Source: Eledone cirrhosa
Lineage: Eukaryota
Direction of reading: 5' to 3'
NCBI GenBank assembly: GCA_964016885.1
Contig: OZ024751.1
Coordinates: forward strand, 31,930,001 to 31,994,000
DNA length: 64,000 bases
Below are positions 13,944-28,534 of the stretch, one piece after another. The notes under the pieces were generated by a model. It saw nothing but the letters and a program-made list of their open reading frames with translations, had not been told where the DNA came from and did not search any database. The translations under genes were made by a program, and so were the position numbers. Each line of letters starts with the position of its first letter. Position 1 is the stretch's first letter.

Positions 13944-16599
13944 AATAATGCTTTATTACAAGTTTATTAGAGAAAGGGTGGGGGTTGAAAGGGCAGTTGA
14001 TGGAATAAAAGAGAATGAGAGAGGGAAGATATAGGGAGAGGGAAGGGATAGAGAGAGGGAATAGAATGAGAGCGGGAAGAGATAGAGAGCGGGAAGAGAT
14101 AGAGAGGAAATGCAGACCAATCAGAGAAAATGTATTCCGACAGGAGAAAAGCTATGCTGCTTGTCTGAGTGGAAATGATGGTGATAGCTTGTCTGAAGAA
14201 ATATTCTGTTGGTGAGATGAGGAATTTACTGTGAGTGAAACTAGCTAAATGTTAAGACTTGGAAGAAGTTAAGAACCATATCTTAATAGAACAATATTTA
14301 TGGTAATAAATACTACTTTTTTCTGGACTATTACACCTCAGTAATATTGGTATGAGGAAAAGAAGCCTTAAGAAGCTGGCCTAATTTTGGAGAAACGAGA
14401 ACCAGAGAGAAAGAAAGAGAGGGAGAAAAAAAAAGAAGAAAAAAGCAGAGTTGATAGGAATTATATAGACTTTAAATGTTTCATATTAATTCTATAAAAT
14501 CTGCTAATTCCTAATGCTTAAACACCAGGCATTTTGGTAAAAAGGAGATTAATATTGCTAATTGATATTATGGACATGTGGTTAGCATGTTTCAGGAAAT
14601 AATCACTGGACAGATTTTATGGGCAAAAACCAGCTGGCAGGAGACCCAGGAGACTCTGAGCAAGTCGGTTGGATAACATCCATGAGCTCATATGGTGTTG
14701 CTTGAGGATCCAGCTGGATTAATTCAATTGGAGGTGGTTGCTTCCGACTGGACTTGCTGGAAGGAATACTTGAGAACTCTATCCCCACAACCCTCCTAAA
14801 AATAAATGGGTGAATAATAATTGTTTCTAGTTTAGGCACAAGGCCAGCAATTATCACAGTGTATTACTGGTACTTTATTTTATCGACCCTGTAAGGATGA
14901 AAGGCAAAGTTAACCTTGGCGGGATTTGAACTCAGACCATAAAGGGCCATAACTCTTTGCTGCAAAGCAAGGCATCCGATCCTCTACTGATACTGCCAAT
15001 CCACTGCCTGTGAATAATAATAATAATAATAATTATTGGTATTCATTCTGTCAATCTTGATCTTTCAAAGTGACTTACTGGTATTAGTTCTTACATCAAT
15101 CTATAACATAATCAATATTTACATTAATTTATAACATAATCTATAATACTTCAATAACCTTTTCATTAATATTACCAAAAGAATCATACTTCATCATCAT
15201 CATCATAATCATCATCATCATCCACACCGCCATCATCATCATTTCGCGTCCACTTTCCCTGCTAACAAGGGTTGGGCAATACTGAAGCAGGGCTACTGAC
15301 CACCCAGACAAGCCGAGCGGTCTGTATCTCACTTATATACAGTCATATCGAATGCAGAGGAGAAGTTGTTGTGTTTTGACATAAACTGATGGGTCCTTCA
15401 AACCCCTTTATATTTAATTAAATAACTAACTTTTACATTAGAAAGCTGAGGTGCGAAACATGACTTTACAAACATTTCTTAAATAAAATTATGATGAAAG
15501 ATTTTTAATATAATCATTAATATTTTAGCATTTGCATTATTCCATATTTACTATGGCGGCGGATTGGCAGTATCAGTAGAAGGTTGGACGCCATGCCTTG
15601 CAGCATAGAGTTACGCCCCTGAGTTCAAATCACACCGAGGCGAACTTTGCCTTTCATCTTTACGGGGGTCGATAAAATGAAGTAATGCACTGGGTTATTG
15701 CTGGCCTTGTGCCAAAAGTAGAAACAATTATTCTATATTTACTATTGTATTTTCACGTTAAAGGCTTTATTTCACATAATTATCTTGCATAACATTGAAT
15801 CTATAAGATTTTGATATTATTTATTTTGAAAACAATATCTTAACATCAGTATGAGCGGTTGGTTATAGCTGGTTTGAAAAGAAAGAGGTGAGAGAATTCT
15901 GTCCGGATTTAAATGCTAAAGGGTTAAAACATTTTAAAATGGACAGTTTTATATCTATACGTAAAATCCAGTGGCAGTTGGTGGGTTGGTATGGAAAGTG
16001 TTAAGCAAATGAGAGAAAATATTCTTTACTATAAAATCTGAAACATATTACCCCCACCCCAGCTAAAGGAAATGGGGCCTATACAATTAAGTAGAAGTTT
16101 AATATATGGTTTCTTACATATATAAGTAGTAGTATAATATATCATAAGGATATATTACAGCAATACAAGGCATGGTATTTTCTGAACGAAGACATATAAT
16201 TAATCTACTTTTTATTTAAATTTTATGGCTTAAACAAAGAAGAAATAGAGGAAGTCATGACCTTTGCAGGATTTCCGGAGACTGCAAGAGTGGGAAGGAG
16301 AGGAAGAGAGACTTCCAAGAATCATGGGTTGTTGCTAAGCAAACCTTTGATCCACGTAAATACACCCCCCCCCCCTCATTCCCTCCCCTCTCCCCCAGCT
16401 GGAAGTTAGTGATTGAATGTGGGCCTTGCCAGTAAATAGGGGCCACCTCTTGGAGTGTTGTTACAACATGGAGCTGGGTCTATGTAGTACCTGTCAAGGG
16501 GTTTTACCTTGTGATACTATTGTATAATAGAAAAAAAAATGACTGAAATGAATAATTATTTATAGAAAACATCCAGCAATCATAGGCTGTGTCTTTCAT

Positions 16600-17070
16600 T
16601 AAAAATATGGTAACAAAAGGGTTAAATTTCGGATCATAATGTCATGGGTTCAATTCCTGGACAAGGTTGTGTGTTGTGTTCTTGAGCAAAACACTTCATT
16701 TCACTTAGCTCGAGTATACTCAGCTGAAAATGAGTACTAGCAATAGCTGGGGGTTTAACACTGAAGGGTTGGTGACTTGTCCAGGGAGCAAGTCTTGTAC
16801 TCTTAGTATACTCAGCTGAAAAGGCGTACAAGCAATAGCTGGGGGTTTAACACTGTGAAGGGTTGGTGCCTTGTCCAAGGGGCAAGTCTTGTACTCTCAG
16901 TATACTCAGCCGAAAAGGAGTACAAGCAATAGCTGAGGTTTAACACTGTGAATGGTTGGTGACTTGTCCAGGGGACAAGTCTTGTACTCTCAGTCTCTTA
17001 ACGCCAAAGAAACCAGGATAAGCAATGGCCTAATGAGCCTTTGGGCTCGAGACAGAATTTAGACTTATTT
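16600..17070 (+). mobile_element. CORE-type SINE with an internally triplicated segment of about 76 bp; unexpanded copy at about 28645-28912
   Basis: GGTTCAATTCC B box, CTTGAGCAAAACACTT, three copies of GTATACTCAGCTGAAAA..GCAATAGCTG..CTTGTCCAGGG. Confidence 0.8.
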
Positions 17071-18084
17071 TTTAGATTTACTATCATAAATGTAATACCA
17101 AACTGATAATTAAGAGATAACAAAATAAATAAAAAACTCTACGAAAAAGTCAGGAAAATAAACAAAAAAATCTTCCTTCACCCTCGGAAACAAAAAGTAA
17201 ATAAAAATAAAATAAAATAAAAAATGCCCCCCCCCCCCCACAGTTATGTAAAATAAAAAAAGTTTTTTTTTGGGGGGGGGGGGAGAAGGAATAGAATATT
17301 TAAATAAATGACTGATATAGTGTTAAGCTGTTATCTTTAAACTTCATATAAACTACTTCAACCGGATGTTGGAAGCAATGTACCTATTGGTTGTCTCTGA
17401 GTTTATCACGTTTCAAATAGAAGTTTCCTAATATAAAACCAACAGCAATAAACAGACTATTAACAACAACAACAACAACAACAACAACAATTATAAATAT
17501 GACTATAAAGTGTCGAGTTTGTTTTACTAACAAACCTTTATCTGTTTAAAATGTCAATTGCTTGTATTCATATATATCTATATATATTTTATATGCATGT
17601 CTACTACATACACATTTATATCAACATGGGTGTGTGCATGTATATTTGTGTGTCTATGTGTGTGTGTCTATGTATGTGTGTATGCATGTATGTGTGCATG
17701 TAAGTTTGTGTGTGTGTATGTATGCATGTGTATATGTGTGTATGCATGTGTGTGTGTATATTTATGTGTGCGTGTGTCTATGTGTGTGTATGCATGTGTG
17801 AATATGCATGTGTGTCTATGTGTGTATGCGTGTGTGTTTGTGTGCGTGTAAATACATGCATAGACTCTATAAGGTTTGTGTTCATAGACAGGAAAAAAAG
17901 AAACTATATATGTATATATTGCTAGTAACATTAAACATAATAGGGGTGTTTATTGTATATAAACATATAGTATATGCTTTCATATACACCCCTATATATA
18001 TATATATATACACACACATGTATATATATATACATATAAGATGATGATGATGATGATGATGATATATATGCATACATACATTCT

Positions 18085-18800
18085 TATTATGGTACCAGCA
18101 CTACCATTTTACAGAATGGGATGAATGCATTTTATCATGACACGAGCACTACCACTTTACAGAGTGGACTGGGTACATTTTATCATGACACCAGCACTAC
18201 CACTTTACAGAGTGGACTGGGTACATTTTATCATGACACCAGCACTACCACTTTACAGAGTGGACTGGGTACATTTTATCATGACATCAACACTACCACT
18301 TTACAGAGTGGACTGGGTACATTTTATCATGACACCAGTACTACCACTTCACAGAGTGGGCTGGGTACATGTTATCATGACACCAGTACTACCACTTCAC
18401 AGAGTGGACTGGGTACATTTTATCATGACACCAGCACTACTACTTTACAGAGTGGGCTGGGTACATGTTATCATGACACCAGTACTACCACTTCACAGAG
18501 TGGACTGGGTACATGTTATCATGACACCAGTACTACCACTTCACAGAGTGGACTGGGTACATTTTATCATGACACCAGCACTACTACTTTACAGAGTGGA
18601 CTGGGTACATTTTATCATGACATCAGCACTACCACTTCAAAGAGTGGGCTGGGTACATGTTATCATGACATCAGCACTACCACTTCAAAGAGTGGGCTGG
18701 GTACATGTTATCATGACACCAGTACTACTACTTTACAGGGTGCACTTGGTTCATTTTATCATGGCATCAGCTCTACCACTTGTAGAGTGCACTGGGTGCA
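18085..18800. repeat. 48-bp minisatellite (about 14 copies) derived from the RTE 3' UTR; older array at about 13285-13575
   Basis: Unit TTTACAGAGTGGACTGGGTACATTTTATCATGACACCAGCACTACCAC, similar to 48255-48350. Confidence 0.9.
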
Positions 18801-19039
18801 TTCTCGTGTGGCATTAACACTATGGTATGATTGTTGTGACTTCAGCCTGGCAGGGAGAGACAGTGGGCTGGGGGGGGGGGTAATGAGAACATGGTGGAAA
18901 TGACACTGTTGGAGTTGTAGCAGCTATATGTTGCTTGCTGAGTGAGACATCAATTCAGAAGGGAAGTGGAAAGAAAGGGTGAATATATAGACAGAGAAAG
19001 AGAGACTTTATGAGCGAGAGAGAGAGGGGGAGAGAGAGA

Positions 19040-19100
<61 letters not shown>

Positions 19101-19134
19101 CAAGAGAGAGCAAGAGAGAACTGTGGAAAACCCG

Positions 19135-19166
<32 letters not shown>

Positions 19167-19332
19167 TGTATGTATGTATGTATGTATGTATATAACGAAA
19201 GAATTGTGGTAAGGAACCAGATGGACTATAACGCACCAGAGTACTCAATACTTAGGGTAGTAGAGTGGTTAATAGTCCAGAAATAGCCGTCGAAATGGCT
19301 TGAGCTCTGCCGTTGGGGTCATTCTTTTTCCT

Positions 19333-19435
<103 letters not shown>

Positions 19436-20309
19436 ATGTATATGTAAAACATTTATATTTGTCGGACTTCCAACAAATTAAATACCCCTTCGACTTATAT
19501 GTATATGTATATATATTTGTGTGTGTGTGTGTGTGCATATGTGAACTAAGATGGCCCCTTTTAATGTTTGAAGCAATTGAGAAAACTACAAACAGATTAT
19601 TGAAGCAAGTTCTTACAAAGGGTACTCTAGTTGGTACAGCAACAAAATATCTGCACCTGGATGTCTATATAAGTATATGTGTGTGTGTATATACATATAT
19701 ACATATTATGTGTATGTGTGTGTGTTTGTGTATGTGTATGTATATGTTTGTGTATGTGTGTATGTATGTGTTTGTGTATATGTGTGTGAGTATGAATGTG
19801 TTCATTTGTATGCATATTGTGTGTGTTACTACTTATGCATGTATGCATGTATGTACATGTATATATGTTTATGGGTGCAGTAAAGAGCCAAACTAAGCTG
19901 ACCTTTGAATTAGATTCAAATATGTATGTGCTGTTAGTTGCTGTTGTTATCATATATACACTTGACACCAGGGTATAGAATCATATACTTACACAGGTGT
20001 ATATGGTATATTATTGATGTTATATGCCACTAACATCACTGATTTAATAGATATTTGCTGTCAGTGAGCTATTTTAGCTATATATATGACACCAAGGTAT
20101 AGAATCACACACTGTTAAAGAGTTGTTTTACCTATATACACACCTGGCACCAGGGAATAGAATCACATACTGTTAGAGTGTTGTTTTACCTATATACACA
20201 TCTGATACCAGGGTATAGAATCTCATACTCACACAGGTGTATATGGTATCATATTGATGTTAATTGCCACTAACATCACTGATTTAATGTACATATATAT
20301 TTGCAATAT

Positions 20310-20529
20310 AAAATGTTGTTGTCCCAACACAAATGACCACAGTAACTATTACTAATAAATGATAGTTGAGAAAATTAAGCAAAATCTCCAGCAGATGTAA
20401 AAAGGAGACAGAAGCTCTAAGCCGATTTTCCTCCACATCTCCATGGTTATTTTACCTGAATTTCTCAACTATCATTTATAGTGATCAACTATTCTTAAGG
20501 ATATTTCTGCATTAGGACAACAATGTTTC
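20310..20529. mobile_element. Foldback/MITE-like element
   Basis: Imperfect terminal inverted repeats TTGTTGTCC/GGACAACAA and internal ATAAATGATAGTTGAGAAA/TTTCTCAACTATCATTTAT. Confidence 0.6.
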
Positions 20530-23365
20530 AAAGTTGATCGCAGTAGAATTTGAACTCAGAGAGAATAGAAAACTTGAACAAACACCACAAAGTTGACCTT
20601 AGTGGGATTTGAACTCAGAGAAATTAGAGAGCTAGAACAAACACAATAAAGTTGATCTTGGTAGAATTTGAACTCAGAGAGAATAGAAAACTAGAACAAA
20701 CACCACAAAGTTGACCTTGGTAGGATTTGAACACAGAGAGACCAGGGGGCTAGAAAAGATACCATAAAGTTGATCTTGGTAGGATTTGAACACAGAGAGA
20801 CCAGGGGCTAGAACAGATACCATAAAGTTAATCTTGGAAGGATTTGAACACAGAGAGACCAGGGGGCTAGAAGAGAGACCGTAAAGTTAATCTTGGTAGG
20901 ATTTGAACACAGAGAGACCAGGGGGCTAGAACAAACACCATAAAGTTGACCTTGGTAGGATTTGAACACAGAGAGACCAGGGGGCTAGAACAGATACCAT
21001 AAAGTTAATCTTGGTGGGATTTGAACACAGAGAGACCAGGGGGCTAGAACAAACACCATAAAGTTGATCTTGGTAGGATTTGAACACAGAGAGACCAGGG
21101 GGCTAGAACAGACACCATAAAGTTGACCTTGGTAGGATTTGAACACAGAGAGACCAGGGGGCTAGAACAGACACCATAAAGTTGACCTTGGTAGGATTTG
21201 AACACAGAGAGACCAGGGGGCTAGAACAAACACCATAAAGTTGATCTTGGTAGGATTTGAACACAGAGAGACCAGGGGGCTAGAACAAACACCATAAAGT
21301 TGACCTTGGTAGGATTTGAACACAGAGAGACCAGGGGGCTAGAACAAACACCATAAAGTTAATCTTGGTAGGATTTGAACACAGAGAGACCAGGGGGCTA
21401 GAACAAACACCATAAAGTTGACCTTGGTAGGATTTGAACACAGAGAGACCAGGGGACTAGAACAGATACCATAAAGTTGATCTTGGTAGGATTTGAACAC
21501 AGAGAGACCAGGGGGCTAGAACAAACACCATAAAGTTGACCTTGGTAGGATTTGAACACAGAGAGACCAGGAGACTAGAACAGATACCATAAAGTTGATC
21601 TTGGTAGGATTTGAACACAGAGAGACCAGGGGGCTAGAACAAACACCATAAAGTTGACCTTGGTAGGATTTGAACACAGAGAGACCAGGGGGCTAGAACA
21701 AACACCATAAAGTTAATCTTGGTAGGATTTGAACACAGAGAGACCAGGGGGCTAGAACAAACACCATAAAGTTGACCTTGGTAGGATTTGAACACAGAGA
21801 GACCAGGGGGCTAGAACAAACACCATAGAGTTAATCTTGGTAGGATTTGAACACAGAGAGACCAGGGGGCTAGAACAGATACCATAAAGTTGATCTTGGT
21901 AGGATTTGAACACAGAGAGACCAGGGGGCTAGAACAGATACCATAAAGTTGATCTTGGTAGGATTTGAACACAGAGAGACCAGGGGGCTAGAACAAACAC
22001 CATAGAGTTAATCTTGGTAGGATTTGAACACAGAGAGACCAGGGGGCTAGAACAGATACCATAAAGTTGATCTTGGTAGGATTTGAACACAGAGAGATTA
22101 GGGGGCTAGAAAAGATACCATAAAGTTGATCTTGGTAGGATTTGAACACAGAGAGACCAAGGGGCTAGAACAAACACCATAAAGTTAATCTTGGTAGGAT
22201 TTGAACACAGAGAGACCAGGGGGCTAGAACAGATACCATAAAGTTGATCTTGGTAGGATTTGAACACAGAGAGACCAGGGGGCTAGAACAGACACCATAA
22301 AGTTGATCTTGGTAGGATTTGAACACAGAGAGACCAGGGGGCTAGAACAAACACCATAAAGTTGACCTTGGTAGTATTTGAACACAGAGAGACCAGGGGG
22401 CTAGAACAAACACCATAAAGTTAATCTTGGTAGGATTTGAACACAGAGAGACCAGGGGGCTAGAACAGATACCATAAAGTTGAACTTGGTAGGATTTGAA
22501 CACAGAGAGACCATGGGGCTAGAACAGACACCATAAAGTTGATCTTTGTAGGATTTGAACACAGAGAGACCAGGGGACTAGAACAGACACCATAAAGTTA
22601 ATCTTGGTAGGATTTGAACACAGAGAGACCAGGGGGCTAGAACAGACACCATAAAGTTAATCTTGGTAGGATTTGAACACAGAGAGACCAGGGGGCTAGA
22701 ACAAACACCATAAAGTTGATCTTGGTAGGATTTGAACACAGAGAGACCAGGGGGCTAGAACAAACAACATAAAGTTAATCTTGGTAGGATTTGAACACAG
22801 AGAGACCAGGGGGCTAGAACAGACACCATAAAGTTGATCTTGGTAGGATTTGAACACAGAGAGACCAGGGGGCTAGAACAGATACCATAAAGTTGATCTT
22901 GGTAGGATTTGAACACAGAGAGACCAGGGGGCTAGAACAAACACCATAAAGTTGATCTTGGTAGGATTTGAACACAGAGAGACCAGGGGGCTAGAACAGA
23001 CACCATAAAGTTAATCTTGGTAGGATTTGAACACAGAGAGACCAGGGGGCTAGAACAGACACCATAAAGTTAATCTTGGTAGGATTTGAACACAGAGAGA
23101 CCAGGGGGCTAGAACAAACACCATAAAGTTAATCTTGGTAGGATTTGAACACAGAGAGACCAGGGGGCTAGAACAGATACCATAAAGTTGATCTTGGTAG
23201 GATTTGAACACAGAGAGATTAGGGGGCTAGAACAGATACCATAAAGTTGATCTTGGTAGGATTTGAACACAGAGAGACCAGGGGGCTAGAACAGATACCA
23301 TAAAGTTGATCTTGGTAGGATTTGAACACAGAGAGATTAGATTGCTGGAACAAATACGACAAAGT
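20530..23365. repeat. 59-bp tandem array, about 48 copies, derived from the SINE family 1 head
   Basis: Unit AAAGTTGATCTTGGTAGGATTTGAACACAGAGAGACCAGGGGGCTAGAACAAACACCAT; edge units are closer to the SINE. Confidence 0.95.
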
Positions 23366-23624
23366 TTTCTATTTGTTATTCTAATGACTCTGCCAGAACG
23401 TAAAGGAACGTAACTCTATTGACAGTATCGGTAATGCGTCAGACACGATGCTTCGGAGCATAAAGTTACATTCCTTTATGTTGTGAGTTGAAATCCTGCC
23501 ATTGTTAACTTTGCCTTTCATCCTTACGGCGTTGATAAAATAAAGTACCAGTAATGGACTGGAGTCGATTAATCGACTTTCCACCCAAACTGTTGGCCTT
23601 GTGCTTAAATCAGAAAACATTATC

Positions 23625-24540
23625 ATTATTATAGTTATTGCTGGTGGTGTTAGTGGTAGTTGTAGTGGTGTTAGTAGTGGTGGTGGTGGTGGTGGTGGTG
23701 GTAGTGGTAGTGGTGGTGGTAGTTGTAATGGTAGTGATAGTGAGTGTGGTAGTGGTGGTAGTAGAAGTGGTGGTGCTGGCTGTGGTAGTGGTAGTGGTGG
23801 TTGTAATGGTAATGATAGTGTTGGTGGTGGTAATAGTAGTGGTAGTGGTGGTGGCTGTGGTGGTGGTTATGGTAGTAGTGGTAGTGGTGGAGGCTTTGGT
23901 GGTGGTGGTGGTGTTTGTAGTGGTAGTGGTAGTGTTGGTGGCAGTAGTAGTGGTGGTGGTGTAGGTGGTAGTGGTATTAGTAGTGTTGTGGTGATAGTGG
24001 TGGATGATAATAAATGACCTAGAACAGAATGGTGCAGTGTGGCGTGGCATAGCATGGTGTAGTGGGGCAGAAGAAGATGGGGGGCGGGGGCAATGAGAGA
24101 ATGTGGGCAGTGAGGTATGAGATGTGGGGGTCACATCGCCCCCACAAAAAGAAGGGGGAGAAAGGGAGGGAAGGATGGGGACAGGCCGGGATGATGACGA
24201 TGGGGAGGGGGTGGGGGTGATGGAGAAGAAGATGATAATGGTGAGGATGATGATGTTGATGAGGATAATGATGATGAAGAGGAGGGGAGGAAGAGGAAGT
24301 TGTGCAGAGGTGAAAAGGATGATGATGATGATGACAGTGATAATGATGATGAAAATGATGATGATGACGATGATGATGATGATAATAATGAAGAGGGTGG
24401 GGGAAGAGGAGGATGTGGAGGAAGTGAAGATGATGATGATGATCATCATCTTGACAGTGATGATAAAGATAATGATGCTGCTGAGGATGATGATGGTAAT
24501 GATAATAATAATGATGATGATGATGATGAAGGGGAGGTGG
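23625..24540. repeat. (GGT/AGT)n and (GAT)n low-complexity tracts; simple repeats are pervasive across the window
   Basis: Direct inspection; also (CTT)n(CTA)n at 856-1075 and (TA)n fields at 24.7-25.4 kb and 30.4-30.9 kb. Confidence 0.95.
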
Positions 24541-24707
24541 AGCCAGAGAAAGAAGTAGTTCTAATTACTGCAGTGCCAGAATACCAATTACATATTAAAC
24601 AAACAACAGCAGAAGGTGGGTGGGGTGGGGGAAGACGGAGCAGCTGTGTGAGTTCAGCCCAGATATTAGTGGAATATCAGCAGAAGAATTTCTTGGAAAT
24701 ATTACAT

Positions 24708-24834
<127 letters not shown>

Positions 24835-24893
24835 AATATATATATATGTATATAAATATATAGACACTACCGTAAACTCTTGGTAGATTTATC

Positions 24894-25018
<125 letters not shown>

Positions 25019-25081
25019 TCATCATCATCGTTTAATGTCTATCTTCCACGCTAGCAACACACACACACACATATATATATA

Positions 25082-25178
<97 letters not shown>

Positions 25179-25194
25179 GTATATATATATATAA

Positions 25195-25249
<55 letters not shown>

Positions 25250-25330
25250 TATATACATATATATATGTATATATACATATGTATAGATGTATATATAAAT
25301 GTATACACATTTATAAATATACATGCATAC

Positions 25331-25362
<32 letters not shown>

Positions 25363-25761
25363 GTGTGTGTGTTTGTGTGTATACACACATAAATACATAT
25401 ATTCATGTCTTCAATAATGATGCTTCATAAATGAGGAGGTGAGAAGCAACGTAAAAGAAAGACAAGTTTCCACATAGAGAATACTGAGAGGGAAAAATGT
25501 GGCTGTAATTATAAACATGTGTATTTCTCTGAGTATGTAATTACATTTAAGTAGCCTTCATATGTTTTTGGGGGTTTTGTTGGAGGAAATATATAGAAAA
25601 ATAGACTTGCACACACACACAATAATATATATATATATATATATATAATGTATATATATAGAAAAAGGTATGACCCCGACGGCAGAGCTCAAGCCGTTTC
25701 GACGGCTATTTCTGTCCATGTTATCCGGCAATTGGCGAAATCAGGTGTGAAAGTATGTGTA

Positions 25762-25833
<72 letters not shown>

Positions 25834-26180
25834 TGTGTGTGTGTGTGTTACTTATGCGAGCGACGACAGAAAAAGTGTGTGGGATACATACATTATTATA
25901 TTTGTCTGTATTTTCGTTCTGCAACTATTATATTATGATATTTGTATCCAAATGATTTTAGATGTATGTATTACCTGCTTGCCCGTCACTCTGTTTCTCT
26001 TTCCCTGTCTCTCTCTCTCTCTTTAGATGTGTGTGTGTAGTTTTCCTAATCTGTCTCTTTCACTCTCTGTCTCTTTAAGAGGGTTGCCTTTTGATATATA
26101 TTTTACTTGCTTGTGTGTTGACCGAATTTGAAGGAGGTTATCCTTTTGAAATAAACATACATACGACGCTCATCTCTATG

Positions 26181-26548
26181 TTGGTATATGATATAAATAA
26201 TGGGATTGATGAGTTAATATCTGTATACAACAACTACAACGGTACGCGATGCGGCCCACCCACAGCCCCGGCGGACAGAATGGAGAAGGCGTTTCCCCGG
26301 AGGACGGCAAGGGAGACTCGCTGGAAAATCCACTTCAACTCGCAGGGCTCACACATGCGGCTGGCCAGCTCAGCGCCTATGGTGGTGAGTAAGGAGGTAG
26401 CCCTGGGGCCGAGGACACCAGAAGTCTCCACTGCCAAGGGTACGACCGCAAACCTGTCGGAGAGCGACTGGTATTTGAGGAGTTTGGCCCCCTCAGCCCG
26501 ACGTGCAGCAGAACCTGGGTATATATTGATATATTGAAGGTACATACG
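26181..26548 (-). mobile_element. 3' fragment of a CRE-clade non-LTR retrotransposon (restriction-like endonuclease C-terminus)
   Basis: GC-rich island. ORF 26234-26545 has SAARRAEGAKLLKY, PLAVETSGVLG and FQRVSLAVLRGNA, the pattern typical of CRE RLE domains. Confidence 0.8.
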
Positions 26549-26621
26549 GAAAGTAAAAGAGTGTTGTCATATAGAGAGTGAAGAGCGACAGAGAGTAAAG
26601 CAGTAAAATTATAGAGAGGGT

Positions 26622-26667
<46 letters not shown>

Positions 26668-26943
26668 AAGACGAAGCTCAGCTTTATAATATTAGAGAGT
26701 GAAGAGCGACAGAGAGAGTAAAGCAGTTAAATTATAGAGGGAGGGAATGATCTATTATAGAGAGAGGGAAGAGTGACGGAGAGAGTAAAGCTAAGAAACT
26801 ATAGGGAGGTGTGTAGGATACATACGTGTTGACCGAATTTACATACAACGCTCATCTCTATGGAAAGTAAAAGAGTGTTGTCATATAGAGAGTGAAGAGA
26901 GACAGAGAGTAAAGCAGTTAAATTATAGAGAGGATGAAAGAGG

Positions 26944-27002
<59 letters not shown>

Positions 27003-27184
27003 GACGTTCAGCATTATAATATTTGAGAGTGAAGAGCGACAGAGAGAGTAAAGCTGTTAAATTATAGAGAGGGGGAATGATCTATTATAGAGAGAGGGAA
27101 GAGCGACGGAGAGAGTAAAGCTAAGAAACTATAAGGAGGTGTGTAGGATACATACATACATAATACACACGACACTCAGCTTTA

Positions 27185-27215
<31 letters not shown>

Positions 27216-27281
27216 TGTGTGTATATATATATATATATATTGTATGTATGTATATATATATATTGTATGTATGTATGTATG

Positions 27282-27355
<74 letters not shown>

Positions 27356-27450
27356 ATGTATGTATAATATATATATATACATATATTGCTTATTTTTTAC
27401 TGGTTTCATCTATTAGTGTGTGGCTAGCTTCATAAACCAATATTTATGTA

Positions 27451-27484
<34 letters not shown>

Positions 27485-28351
27485 GTGTTACGTAAGTTGG
27501 ATAAATGATTTCGGATTCATAGAAACACCTCAGATGAATATCGTTTGATTTGTCCAGATCTGTTTTTTAACCTGTTAGTTCTTTTGTTACTTTGGTATTG
27601 TATGGTTGGGTTTTACCTACTGCAATGTTCAATTTGTCAAGCTATTTAAACGTATGTTATTACTCTAAGGACCTGCCCTTATTGAGTGCTTTGCTAACTC
27701 ATTCCTATTGTAGGTCGACTTTGCTTGGCCACAGCCAAAACTTCGATTTTACTAAGCTTCCACTTATATATATATATATATAGCATCAGCAGAAAATGCA
27801 CAGTTACATAAGATGAACAGACAAATGTAACTTTACCTCGTCAGCCACGTTGTTTTCTGTGCAGTTTTGTGCATTAAGCTGGTTCTGTATATGGGATGCC
27901 TGTATATATACATTGTATTAGGTTGTTCAGAAATTAATGTGGCTTTTATGATTACATTTGTTCCAACATTTGTTAAGATTAAAAACTCACGCAGAGTGTG
28001 TAAAAATATTTATAATTGTTAAGCTTAATTTATGTTATTTATTCTATGTAGGCTGCTCCATGGCAGCCAGTCCAGTCCATGGTAGCAGGGTGGATGGTCA
28101 TTAAATGATGGTAATAAGTTTACTGCCAAAGTCAACTTTGCCTTTCATTCTTTTGAGGTTGATAAACAGAATAACACTTTACACCCACCACACACAGACA
28201 CACATATGTATATATATACATGCGTTTAGATATATATATATAATGTGTATCTATATATTATAGTTGAAACAGAAAACAAAAAAAACAACAACGAGGAAGC
28301 GAAGAGGCAGTACGAAATATTAATATTAGTTTCACACACACACATATATAT

Positions 28352-28534
<183 letters not shown>

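Noticed and set aside
18121-18903. 260-aa repeat protein gene
   Set aside because: The ORF follows from a 48-bp TE-derived minisatellite open in two frames, with no splice or homology support.
20530-23365. CRISPR array or tRNA gene cluster
   Set aside because: Units are tandem with no unique spacers; only the B-box part of a SINE head is present, with no cloverleaf.
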